Of a stretch of DNA of 24,000 nucleotides, positions 7,542 through 15,670 are shown piece by piece. The notes beneath the pieces were generated by a model. It saw nothing but the letters and a program-made list of their open reading frames with translations, had not been told where the DNA came from and did not search any database. A program made the translations under genes and the position numbers. Positions within the stretch are counted from its first letter, which is position 1; each line of letters opens with the position of its first letter. The stretch spans positions 36,130-60,129 of the forward strand of contig DASSZD010000023.1 in NCBI GenBank assembly GCA_035702985.1, written 5' to 3'. Origin of the DNA: Acidimicrobiales bacterium. GTDB taxonomy: Bacteria; Actinomycetota; Acidimicrobiia; Acidimicrobiales; Palsa-688.

Positions 7542-8816
7542 GTGACCGGCCGGCCTCCCTCGGTGGACTACATAGCCAGACAGCTGGCCGGCACCGGGCT
7601 CCCCCATCCCCTGCTGGTCGACGCCGCCCGCCGGGCCGTGTCCATGTCCTCCGGGCCGGGGGGCCAACTCGAGCCGGAGGAGGTCCTGGCCGAGGCCTCC
7701 CGGGTGGCGTGGGAACTGGGGCGCGGTCTGCTCCAGCCGGTCATCAACGCCACGGGCGTCCTGCTCCACACCAACCTGGGCCGGGCCCCGGTGGCGGTCG
7801 ACCGGCCGGCCGGGTACTCGAACCTGGAGCTGGACCTGGTCACGGGCCGGCGCGGCGACCGGTCGGACCACGCCGCCGCCCTGATGGCCCGGGCGTGCGG
7901 CTCGGAGGCCGCCCTGGTGGTCAACAACGGGGCGGCCGCCGTGCTGCTGGCTCTCACGGTGCTGGCCGCCGACCGGGAGGTACTGGTCAGCCGGGGGGAA
8001 CTGGTGGAGATCGGCGGCGGGTTCCGGGTCCCGGAGGTCCTGGCCCAGTCCGGCGCCCGCCTGGTGGAGGTGGGCACCACCAACCGGACCCGCCTGGCCG
8101 ACTACCGGGCGGCGGCCGGACCCGAAACGGCCCTGGTGCTCAAGGTGCACACCTCCAACTACACCATCCGCGGGTTCACCGAATCCGTGGAGGTCAAGGA
8201 GCTGGCCGGCCTGGGGCTGCCGGTCATCGCCGACCTGGGCTCGGGGTTGCTGGACGCCCGCTGCCCGTGGCTGGCCGGCGGGCCGCCCGGCTGGCTGGCA
8301 GGAGAGCCGGCGGCGGTGCAGACCCTGGCCGCCGGCGCGGCGCTGGTCACCTTCAGCGGCGACAAGCTGTTGGGCGGCCCCCAGGCCGGGATCATCGCCG
8401 GCAGCCGGGACCTGGTGCAGCGGTGCCGGCGCCACCCGCTGGCCCGGGCGCTGCGCCCGGGCGGCCTGGTGCTGGAGGCCCTGCAGGAGGTGGCCCTCTC
8501 CTACCTGCGCCGCGACGCCGGGCGGACCGTCCCCCTCTGGCGCATGGCCGGCACCCCGGTGGAGGTGCTGCGCCGCCGGGCCGAGGCCATCGGGGCCGGG
8601 GAGGTCGTGGAGTGCGAGTCGGTCATGGGCGGGGGGACCCTTCCGACGGTGGCCATCCCGTCCGCCGGCGTGGCCCTCCCCGGGGACGTGACCTCCGGGC
8701 TGCGCCGGGCGTCGCCGCCGGTGGTGGCCCACGTGCGCGACGGTCGCACCATCTGCGACCTGCGCACGGTGTTCGAGGAGCAGGATCAGGCCCTGGCCAA
8801 GGCCCTGGCGCCGTGA
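7542..8816 (+). CDS. selA: L-seryl-tRNA(Sec) selenium transferase (selenocysteine synthase)
   Basis: Motifs LLHTNLGRAP, VVNNGAAAVLL and the PLP-lysine block FSGDKLLGGPQAGIIAG. The track start at 7323 would overlap the tRNA-Sec gene. The first plausible in-frame start after it is GTG 7542 (VTGRPPSVDYIARQL...), where N-terminal similarity to SelA begins. Confidence 0.9.
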   Translation: MTGRPPSVDYIARQLAGTGLPHPLLVDAARRAVSMSSGPGGQLEPEEVLAEASRVAWELGRGLLQPVINATGVLLHTNLGRAPVAVDRPAGYSNLELDLVTGRRGDRSDHAAALMARACGSEAALVVNNGAAAVLLALTVLAADREVLVSRGELVEIGGGFRVPEVLAQSGARLVEVGTTNRTRLADYRAAAGPETALVLKVHTSNYTIRGFTESVEVKELAGLGLPVIADLGSGLLDARCPWLAGGPPGWLAGEPAAVQTLAAGAALVTFSGDKLLGGPQAGIIAGSRDLVQRCRRHPLARALRPGGLVLEALQEVALSYLRRDAGRTVPLWRMAGTPVEVLRRRAEAIGAGEVVECESVMGGGTLPTVAIPSAGVALPGDVTSGLRRASPPVVAHVRDGRTICDLRTVFEEQDQALAKALAP

Positions 8817-8829
8817 CGGCGGCAGCCGC

Positions 8830-10578
8830 ATGAGGGTGGTGGCCACCGCCGGGCACGTGGACCACGGCAAGTCCACCCTGGTCTGGGCCCTGACCGGCGT
8901 CGACCCGGACCGCTGGCCGGAGGAGAAAGCCCGGGGGCTGACCATCGACCTGGGCTTCGCCGCGACCACCCTCCCGTCGGGCCGGGAGATCGCCTTCGTG
9001 GACGTCCCCGGCCACGGCCGGTTCGTGCGCAACATGCTGGCCGGGGTGGGATCGGTGGACGCCTGCCTGTTCGTGGTGGCCGCCACCGAGGGGTGGAAGG
9101 AGCAGTCCGAGGAGCACCTGCGCATCCTCGAACTGCTCGGCATCTCCGCCGGGGTGGTGGCCCTGACCAAGGTGGGCCTGGTCGACGACGAATGGGCCGA
9201 GCTGGTCGGGCTGGAGCTCGAGGAGCACCTGGCCGGCACTTTCCTCCAGGGGACCGAGGTCGTCCCGGTGGACGTGCCCGCCGGGCGGGGCCTGGACGAC
9301 CTGCGCGCCGCTCTCGACCGGCTGGTGCAGCGGGTTCCGGCCGCCGCCGACCGGGGCCGGCCCCGGCTGTGGGTGGACCGGTCCTTCGCGGTGAGGGGAT
9401 CGGGCACGGTGGTGACCGGCACGCTGAGCGGCGGCAGCATCGCCGTCGACGACGAGGTGGTGGTGCTGCCCGGCGGGCACCCGGCCCGCGTCCGGTCCCT
9501 GCAGAGCCACCACTCGGGCCTGGAGAGCGCCTCCCCGGGGCGGCGGCTGGCGGTCAACCTCAACGGGGTATCCCATTACCAGGTGAGGAGGGGCCAGGCC
9601 GTGGTGAGGCCGGGCCAGTGGCACGTGACCGCCTGCTTCGACGCCTCGCTGGCGGTGCTGTCCACCTTGGAGCACCCCGTGGGGCGGCGGGGCGCCTACA
9701 CCGTCTACACCGGCAGCGGCGAGTTCCCGGTCCGGATGCGGGTCCTCGGGCGGTCCGGCATCGAGCCGGGTGAACAGGCCGCCGTGCGGCTCTGGATCCG
9801 GGATCGGGTGGGCGTCCCCCTCGTGCCGGGCGACCGCTACGTGCTGCGCGAGGCCGGCCGGTTCGAGACCGTCGGAGGTGGCGAGGTCCTCGACGTGGAA
9901 CCGGTGCTGCCGGCGTCGCGCGCCGCTCCGTCCCGCTCGATCGAACGCCTGGTCAGGGAGCGGGGCTGGGTCGACGCCGGCCACCTGGCCCTCATCGCAG
10001 GAGCACGGGTGGAGCCGACGGTGGGCCGGTGGGTGGCCGACCCCGACGCCCTGGCCGCCACCCGGGCCGGGCTGGTCGAGCGGGCGGCGGCGGCCGGGCC
10101 GGGCGGGCTCGACCTGGCCGGTCTCGACGACCGGGAGCGGGCGCTCCTCAGAGCCGGGCTTCCCGGCGTGGTGGTCAGGGAAGGCCGGGCGGTGAGCGAA
10201 TCCCTGGCCGGCCGGGGGCTCGACGACCACGCCCGGCGGGTGCTCGACGAACTGGAGTCGGCCAAGTGGACCCCGCCGGTGTTCCCGCTGTCCGACCGGG
10301 GTGCCCTGCGGGACCTGGAGCGGGCCGGGCTGGCCGTGCAGGCCGGCGATGCCTGGTTCGCGGCTTCGGCGGTGGAGTCGGCGGCGGCGGTGCTGCGCGG
10401 CCTGCTCGACGACCGGCCCGGGGGTTTCACCGTCAGCGAGGCCCGGGACGCTCTGGGCAGCAGCCGCCGGCACGTGCTGCCCCTGCTGGCCCACCTCGAC
10501 TCCGCCGGCGTGACCCGCCGGCGGGGCGACCTGCGGGTGGCCGGGCCGCGCCTGGCGCCCCGCCCGCCGGCCCGCTGA
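8830..10578 (+). CDS. selB: Selenocysteine-specific translation elongation factor
   Basis: The N-terminal GTPase reads MRVVATAGHVDHGKSTLVWALTG...DRWPEEKARGLTIDLGFA...DVPGH...TKVD-like. The long C-terminal extension is typical of the SelB winged-helix mRNA-binding part. The gene starts 14 nt after the selA stop. Confidence 0.92.
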   Translation: MRVVATAGHVDHGKSTLVWALTGVDPDRWPEEKARGLTIDLGFAATTLPSGREIAFVDVPGHGRFVRNMLAGVGSVDACLFVVAATEGWKEQSEEHLRILELLGISAGVVALTKVGLVDDEWAELVGLELEEHLAGTFLQGTEVVPVDVPAGRGLDDLRAALDRLVQRVPAAADRGRPRLWVDRSFAVRGSGTVVTGTLSGGSIAVDDEVVVLPGGHPARVRSLQSHHSGLESASPGRRLAVNLNGVSHYQVRRGQAVVRPGQWHVTACFDASLAVLSTLEHPVGRRGAYTVYTGSGEFPVRMRVLGRSGIEPGEQAAVRLWIRDRVGVPLVPGDRYVLREAGRFETVGGGEVLDVEPVLPASRAAPSRSIERLVRERGWVDAGHLALIAGARVEPTVGRWVADPDALAATRAGLVERAAAAGPGGLDLAGLDDRERALLRAGLPGVVVREGRAVSESLAGRGLDDHARRVLDELESAKWTPPVFPLSDRGALRDLERAGLAVQAGDAWFAASAVESAAAVLRGLLDDRPGGFTVSEARDALGSSRRHVLPLLAHLDSAGVTRRRGDLRVAGPRLAPRPPAR

Positions 10579-10585
10579 CCGTCTG

Positions 10586-10591
10586 TAATCT
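10586..10591 (+). promoter_or_regulatory. Candidate -10 hexamer TAATCT, 6 nt upstream of the selD GTG (leaderless-type start)
   Basis: CTGTAATCTGGCCCGGTG lies in the 19-nt selB-selD spacer, with no SD. Confidence 0.3.
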
Positions 10592-10597
10592 GGCCCG

Positions 10598-11620
10598 GTG
10601 GACCAGCCCAGCCCCCTGAAGCTCACCGAGTGGACCTCGTGCGGGGGGTGCGCGGCCAAGTGGGGCGGGGCCCCGCTGGGCCGGCTGGTGCGGGAGTTGG
10701 CCGCCGGCCCCGACAGCTCGCTCCTGGTGGGGCTGGCCCCCTTCGACGACGCCGCGGTCTACAAGCTGAGCGACGACACCGCGCTGGTGTCCACCACCGA
10801 CTTCTTCCCGCCCCTCGTGGACGAGCCGGCCGATTTCGGGGCGGTCGCCGCCGCCAACGCCTGCAGCGACGTGTTCGCCATGGGCGGCCGGGTGCTGCTG
10901 GCGCTCAACATCGCGGCGTTCCCCGAGGAGATGCCCCCCGAGGTGATCGCCGAGATCCTGGCCGCGGCGGCGGAGACGGTGCGCAGCTGCGGCGGGACGG
11001 TGGCCGGCGGTCACACCATCCGCTCGCCCGAGCCCATCTTCGGCCTGGCGGTGCAGGGGGTGGTCAACCCGGCCCGGGTGTGGAGCAAGGCGGGGGCCCG
11101 GCCCGGGGACCGGCTGCTCCTGTCCAAGCCACTCGGCACGGGGATCGTCCTGGCCGGCGGCGACGAACCGGCCAAGCAGGCGGTCATCGCCGGTATGCGG
11201 ACCCTCAACGAGGCGGCGGCCCGGACCCTCTCCGGCCTCGCCGACCCCGACGGCCGCACCCCGGTCCACGCCGTCACCGACGTCACGGGGTTCGGGTTGG
11301 CCGGCCACGGCTGGGAGATGGCCGAGCGGTCAGCGACGACCGCGGTGATAGACGGGTCGGCCCTGCCGCTCTACCCCCGGGCCGCCGAGCTGGCCGCCGG
11401 GGGCGTCAAGACCGGCGGCGAGGCCCGCAACCGGAGCTACCTGGGCGGGCACCTGGCGTCCTCGGCGGCCGCTGAGGTGGAAGCCCTGGTCCTCGACCCG
11501 CAGACCTCCGGAGGGCTGCTGGCCGCCGTCGACCCGGCCGGTGCCGGCGCCCTGATCGATCAGGGATGGTGGGAGGTCGGCCGGGTGGAGGACGGGCCGG
11601 CCGCGGTGCGGCTGATCTAG
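10598..11620 (+). CDS. selD: Selenide, water dikinase (selenophosphate synthetase), Cys-type
   Basis: LTEWTSCGGCAAKWG matches the Gly-rich N-terminal loop, with Cys three residues before the Lys as in E. coli C17/K20. STTDFFPPLVDEPADFGAVAAANACSDVFAMGG matches the SelD/AIR-synthase-like core. Confidence 0.92.
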   Translation: MDQPSPLKLTEWTSCGGCAAKWGGAPLGRLVRELAAGPDSSLLVGLAPFDDAAVYKLSDDTALVSTTDFFPPLVDEPADFGAVAAANACSDVFAMGGRVLLALNIAAFPEEMPPEVIAEILAAAAETVRSCGGTVAGGHTIRSPEPIFGLAVQGVVNPARVWSKAGARPGDRLLLSKPLGTGIVLAGGDEPAKQAVIAGMRTLNEAAARTLSGLADPDGRTPVHAVTDVTGFGLAGHGWEMAERSATTAVIDGSALPLYPRAAELAAGGVKTGGEARNRSYLGGHLASSAAAEVEALVLDPQTSGGLLAAVDPAGAGALIDQGWWEVGRVEDGPAAVRLI

Positions 11621-11660
11621 CCAGCCCCCGCCGGGTGCCCGCCGCGGTTGGACATCCCCA

Positions 11661-12419
11661 TTAGTCGAGCCCGCCCCCCACCCGGCTGAGGAACGATGCC
11701 AGCCGGGGGTTGGCCGGGGCGGTGAACAGCCGGTCCGGCGGTCCCTCGTCGCCGATCCTCCCCTCGTCGATGAAGATCACGTGGCTGGCCACCTTGCGGG
11801 CGAACCGCAACTCGTGGGTGACCACCAGGAGCGTCATGCCGCGGGCCGCCAGATCAGCCATGACCTCCAGAACCTCGTGGACCAGTTCGGGGTCGAGGGC
11901 CGAGGTCGGCTCGTCGAAGAGCATCACCTCGGGGCGCATAGCCAGCGCCCGGGCGATGGCCACCCGCTGCTGCTGACCCCCCGAGAGGCTGGCAGGTCTG
12001 CGGTGGGCGAACGCTCCGAGCCCGACCCGCTCGAGCTGGCGCATGGCTTCGTCGCGGGCGTCGTCCACCGGTCGGCGGAGCACGACCCGCGGCGCCAACG
12101 TGACGTTGTCGAGGACGCTGATGTGGGGGAACAGGTTGAACTTCTGGGAGACCATCCCGATCCGGGAACGGACCCGATCCAGGTCGGCGTCCCGGGCGGT
12201 CACCTCGGTGCCGCCTACCATGATGCTGCCCCGGTCCACCCTCTCGAGCCGGTTGACACAGCGCAGGAGCGTGGACTTGCCCGAGCCGGACGGGCCGATG
12301 ATGCACGTCGTCTGTCCGGCCGGGGCCCGGAAGCTGACACCGCGGATGATCTCGACCGGACCGAAGGACTTGTACACGTCCCTCACGTGGACATCGGCGC
12401 TGGTAGCGGTGGCCGTCAT
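11661..12419 (-). CDS. Polar amino-acid ABC transporter, ATP-binding protein (GlnQ/HisP-like)
   Basis: Walker A GPSGSGKST, signature LSGGQQQRVAIARAL, Walker B MLFDEPTSALD, H-loop VTHE. The start overlaps the permease stop (ATGA coupling). Confidence 0.92.
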   Translation of the reverse strand: MTATATSADVHVRDVYKSFGPVEIIRGVSFRAPAGQTTCIIGPSGSGKSTLLRCVNRLERVDRGSIMVGGTEVTARDADLDRVRSRIGMVSQKFNLFPHISVLDNVTLAPRVVLRRPVDDARDEAMRQLERVGLGAFAHRRPASLSGGQQQRVAIARALAMRPEVMLFDEPTSALDPELVHEVLEVMADLAARGMTLLVVTHELRFARKVASHVIFIDEGRIGDEGPPDRLFTAPANPRLASFLSRVGGGLD

Positions 12420-13183
12420 GCCCCCTGCACCGCCACGGGGACCCTGTCCTCGACGGGGACGGGTGCGGAGTCGCTCCCGGCGGATCGACCCATGTGGCGG
12501 TCCAGCGCACCAACCAGGTAGGTGAGAGGCACGGTGAGAGCCAGATAGAGGATCCCCGACGCCACCAGGGGTGTGAGGGACGCGTCGTTGGACGAGGCGT
12601 CCTGGGCGATGGCGAAGAGCTCCCTCTGGTTGGCACCGAGTCCGAGAAGGAACACCAGGGCGGTGTTCTTGATCACGATTATCAGCTGTCCCGTCAGGGC
12701 GGGCAGGATATTGCGGGCTGCCTGGGGGAGGACCACGTGGCGCATGGACTGCATGTGCGACATGCCGAGCGACCGCGAGGCCTCCGCCTGCCCCACGTCG
12801 ATACCCCGGATCCCGGACCGGAAGATCTCGCTCATGTAGGCGCCTTCGACGATACCGATGGCCAGGGCGGCGTAGGCATAGGTGCTTCCCCCGAACAACG
12901 CCACCCCGGCGAGGGGCAGCCCCTGACCGATGAGGTAGATGCTCACGATGTGGGGCAGGCCGCGGAACAGGTCCACGTACACCCTTCCCACGACCCGTAG
13001 GGGCTTGCGTTGCGCCATGAGGAACATCGCCACGACCAGCCCCACGATCAATCCGATCACCATGGCTGCCAGGGACAGCAGCGCGGTGTTCCGTAGCCCG
13101 ACGGTCAACAGGGTCGGGAACGTCCGGGCCAGGATGTGGCCGTCGAAGAACGTGTGGATTATCCGGTGGAGCGATGTTCCCAT
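12416..13183 (-). CDS. Polar amino-acid ABC transporter permease (HisM/GlnP family)
   Basis: Multi-TM ORF with the EAA-type loop EASRSLGMSHMQSMRHVVLPQAARNILPAL. Confidence 0.9.
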   Translation of the reverse strand: MGTSLHRIIHTFFDGHILARTFPTLLTVGLRNTALLSLAAMVIGLIVGLVVAMFLMAQRKPLRVVGRVYVDLFRGLPHIVSIYLIGQGLPLAGVALFGGSTYAYAALAIGIVEGAYMSEIFRSGIRGIDVGQAEASRSLGMSHMQSMRHVVLPQAARNILPALTGQLIIVIKNTALVFLLGLGANQRELFAIAQDASSNDASLTPLVASGILYLALTVPLTYLVGALDRHMGRSAGSDSAPVPVEDRVPVAVQGA

Positions 13184-13198
13184 GGCTGGCGGACCGGC

Positions 13199-14029
13199 TC
13201 AGGCCTGTGGCATGCCCGGGTACTGCTGGAGCAGCTGGGACGGCAGCTTCTTGCCGGGCTCGAACTGGCGGAACTGCTTGGTGAAGGTTCCGTTCTCCAT
13301 GACCGTCTTCAGCGCTGCATCCAGCTTCTTGCCGAGGTTCGAGTCGCTCTTCGGGTAAGGCAGGGCGTCGAAGCCCACGGGGATGGTCTGCGTGGCGGTG
13401 AGGTCGGGATACTCGTGGAGAAGCTGCTTGGTGGTCAGCGGTCCGGTGAAGAGACCCTGGACCTGGCCGATCTCCAATGCGTTGGCGCTGGCCGCAATCT
13501 TCGGGAACTCCTTGACCTGCACCGTGGGGACCTTCGCTTCGAGCAGCGGGATCAGTGCGCTTCCCGCAGTGATGGCCACCGTTTTGTTCGCCGCGTCGTC
13601 AACTGTCGCTATGGGTGCCGACTTCTTGGAGATCAGCTGGGCCAGGGTGAAGTCGGTGGGCGTGGTGAAGCCCACCTGCTTCTGTCGTGCCGGCGTGGCC
13701 AGGACGCCGATGGCGGTGTCGAACTGGCGGTTCTGCACCCCCGGCAGTATCGAGTCGAAGGCCACGTCGACGAACTTGGGCGTCAGGTGCATCTGGGCCG
13801 CCACGGCTTTCATCAGGGCGACGGCGTAGCCGTCAGCATGCCCACCGGATATGTAGGACGCCGGCTTGTCGTCGCTCCGGTAGGCGATCACCAGCTGGTT
13901 CTGGTGGAGCGTCCCATCGGACGTAGCGGCCGAGCTGGACGACCCACAGGCCGAGAGGCTCAGGCCGACGGAGAGTGCAGCCACTCCCAGAGCCAGCCTG
14001 CTCCCAACCGATGCAGAATGTTTGAACAT
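13199..14029 (-). CDS. ABC transporter substrate-binding lipoprotein (family 3 / polar amino-acid type)
   Basis: Signal peptide with lipobox LSLSAC followed by a Ser-rich linker. Its length, and its position between the permease and the hydrolase genes, fit an SBP_bac_3-type binding protein. Confidence 0.85.
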   Translation of the reverse strand: MFKHSASVGSRLALGVAALSVGLSLSACGSSSSAATSDGTLHQNQLVIAYRSDDKPASYISGGHADGYAVALMKAVAAQMHLTPKFVDVAFDSILPGVQNRQFDTAIGVLATPARQKQVGFTTPTDFTLAQLISKKSAPIATVDDAANKTVAITAGSALIPLLEAKVPTVQVKEFPKIAASANALEIGQVQGLFTGPLTTKQLLHEYPDLTATQTIPVGFDALPYPKSDSNLGKKLDAALKTVMENGTFTKQFRQFEPGKKLPSQLLQQYPGMPQA

Positions 14030-14049
14030 TTCCTTCTTCCCCTCACTGG

Positions 14050-14844
14050 TCAGACGATGGTCTCGGCCGCGAAGCGCGACAAGAAAGCAGCGAGCCTCTC
14101 CGCCGCCGTTTCGATCAGCAGCTCACCCAGCTCCGGTGACGCGGCGGTCCCGTCGCCGAGAGCTCCGGTCGGGGTGACCTGGTCATAGGGCAGCGCCATG
14201 TGGATGGCCCGATTTGAGCGCGACAGCGCAGCGGGGCCCTGAAGCTTCGACCGGTCCGATGTGCCGGGCTGAAGCCGGTCCGGACGCACCGAGTCCGGGG
14301 ACAGGTACATGGTCTGGGACGTCTCGACCTCGCAGCTGTGGCCGCGCAGCGTGCTGGTGGCCCGCTCTGCAGACAGGTCGGCCACCAGGGGGCTGATGCC
14401 CGACCAGGCCAGGAGCACGTCCGGCATCTCATGCATGACGATGGTGGAAAGAACCCCCAGAGCAGCGTCGTTGCCCCCGTGCCCGTTGAGCACGAACACT
14501 CTCCGCCAGCCATGGCGACGGAGGCTCTGGATCATCTCCAGGACCACCTGGACGAACGTGGTGGGCGACAACGTCAAGGTGCCGGCGAAGCCCATGTGGT
14601 GCTCCGACACGCCCACGGGGACGGGGGGAGTCACCAGCACAGCGGGGGCCAGGCGGTCGGCCAGCTTCACCGCCAGGGCCTCGGCCCGCACCGTGTCGGT
14701 CTCGAGGCTCAACGCCGGACCGTGCTGCTCGCAGGAGCCGGTGGGGATGATCACCACCCGGGCCTGACGGCGGGCGTCCTCGATCTCGGGACGGGTCATG
14801 GACGCCAACCGGAAGCGATCTCCGGGAACGGGGGGTCGGGACAT
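14050..14844 (-). CDS. Creatininase-family metal-dependent amidohydrolase (creatinine amidohydrolase / MftE / ArfB superfamily)
   Basis: VVIIPTGSCEQHGPALSLETDT, VSEHHMGFAGTLTL and FVLNGHGGN match the creatininase-family signature blocks. The start ATG overlaps the gntR stop (TGATG). Confidence 0.85.
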   Translation of the reverse strand: MSRPPVPGDRFRLASMTRPEIEDARRQARVVIIPTGSCEQHGPALSLETDTVRAEALAVKLADRLAPAVLVTPPVPVGVSEHHMGFAGTLTLSPTTFVQVVLEMIQSLRRHGWRRVFVLNGHGGNDAALGVLSTIVMHEMPDVLLAWSGISPLVADLSAERATSTLRGHSCEVETSQTMYLSPDSVRPDRLQPGTSDRSKLQGPAALSRSNRAIHMALPYDQVTPTGALGDGTAASPELGELLIETAAERLAAFLSRFAAETIV

Positions 14845-15587
14845 CAGATGCCTTCCTGATAGGGGGGGCGATCGAAATGCTCGACGGCCACGGCGCGGAT
14901 CTCGCGCAGATGCGACTGGATCAAGCGGGACGCCTGCGAGGACCTGCGGGCGGCGACCGCCGCCAGGATCTGCCGGTGCTGCTCCAGGTCCCGCTCACGG
15001 TCGGCGTACACGCTGCGGATGGCGACCTGCTCCTGGCGGTGCTGGGTCAGCAGCGAATCGATGACCTCGTAGAGGATGTGATTGCCCGAGGCCGCCGCCA
15101 ACTCCCGGTGGAAGTTGCGCGCCGGATGGCGACCGCCCGGGTCCGGCGGCGCTCCCGGGGGACGCATGGCCGACTCGAGGGCCTCCTGCAGACGGTCGAG
15201 GTGCTCGGTCCGTCGATTGTGGGCGGCGAGGGCGGCGATCTGCGGCTCGATCGCCAAGCGGGCGTCGATCAGCTCCACGGCCACCAGCCCGGACGGGGCC
15301 GGACTGGTCGGGTTGGCCATCACCATCCGATCGAGGTTGGGCCCGACGTAGGTGCCGGAGCCGTGCCGCAGCTCGACCGTACCGGTCCCCTCCAGGCGGC
15401 GGAGAGCCTCCCGCACAGTGGTCATGTTGACTCCCAGCCGGGCGGCCAGATCCCGGGACGAGGGAATGGAATCGCCGGGATGGAGGCTGTGGTCACGAAT
15501 GAGCGCGACCAGACGGTCGGCGACCTGCTCCACCAGCGATGTCCGGCTGAGAGAACTGGAAACCAGGTCATCAGGTGATCCGATCAC
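14844..15587 (-). CDS. GntR-family transcriptional regulator, FadR (FCD) subfamily
   Basis: N-terminal winged HTH (PSSRDLAARLGVNMTTVREALRRLEGTGTVELRHGSGTYV) followed by an all-helical FCD-like C-terminal domain. The GTG start at 15587 sits 6 nt downstream of a TAGGCT hexamer. Confidence 0.9.
   Translation of the reverse strand: MIGSPDDLVSSSLSRTSLVEQVADRLVALIRDHSLHPGDSIPSSRDLAARLGVNMTTVREALRRLEGTGTVELRHGSGTYVGPNLDRMVMANPTSPAPSGLVAVELIDARLAIEPQIAALAAHNRRTEHLDRLQEALESAMRPPGAPPDPGGRHPARNFHRELAAASGNHILYEVIDSLLTQHRQEQVAIRSVYADRERDLEQHRQILAAVAARRSSQASRLIQSHLREIRAVAVEHFDRPPYQEGI
15575..15587. promoter_or_regulatory. Perfect 13-bp palindrome GTGATC-C-GATCAC overlapping the gntR start codon; candidate GntR operator
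   Basis: Palindrome read directly from the sequence. It fits the general GntR-family operator form GT-N(x)-AC and lies at about +1 to +13 of the predicted leaderless transcript. Confidence 0.35.
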
Positions 15588-15593
15588 TTTGCC

Positions 15594-15599
15594 AGCCTA
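15594..15599 (-). promoter_or_regulatory. Candidate -10 hexamer TAGGCT, 6 nt upstream of the gntR GTG (leaderless-type start)
   Basis: The minus strand reads CTAGGCTGGCAAAGTG, with no SD. Confidence 0.3.
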
Positions 15600-15610
15600 G
15601 AAGGCGGCCA

Positions 15611-15635
15611 CGCCCGCCGTCAACACCGGCGGGTG
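15611..15635 (-). terminator. GC hairpin (CGCCCGCCG / CGGCGGGTG, 7-nt loop) downstream of the permease gene; no U-tract
   Basis: Inverted repeat seen in the 83-nt spacer between the permease stop (15671) and the gntR start (15587). Confidence 0.25.
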
Positions 15636-15670
15636 GCGCTGGCGGTCGGGGTCCGGCGCCGGAAGCCGGG

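Noticed and set aside
7149-10659. 804-aa (7149-9563) and 678-aa (8623-10659) minus-strand ORFs antisense to selA/selB
   Set aside because: The same high-GC antisense artefact. The products are Arg/Pro/Gly-rich, while the plus-strand frames carry the SelA PLP-Lys motif and the SelB GTPase motifs.
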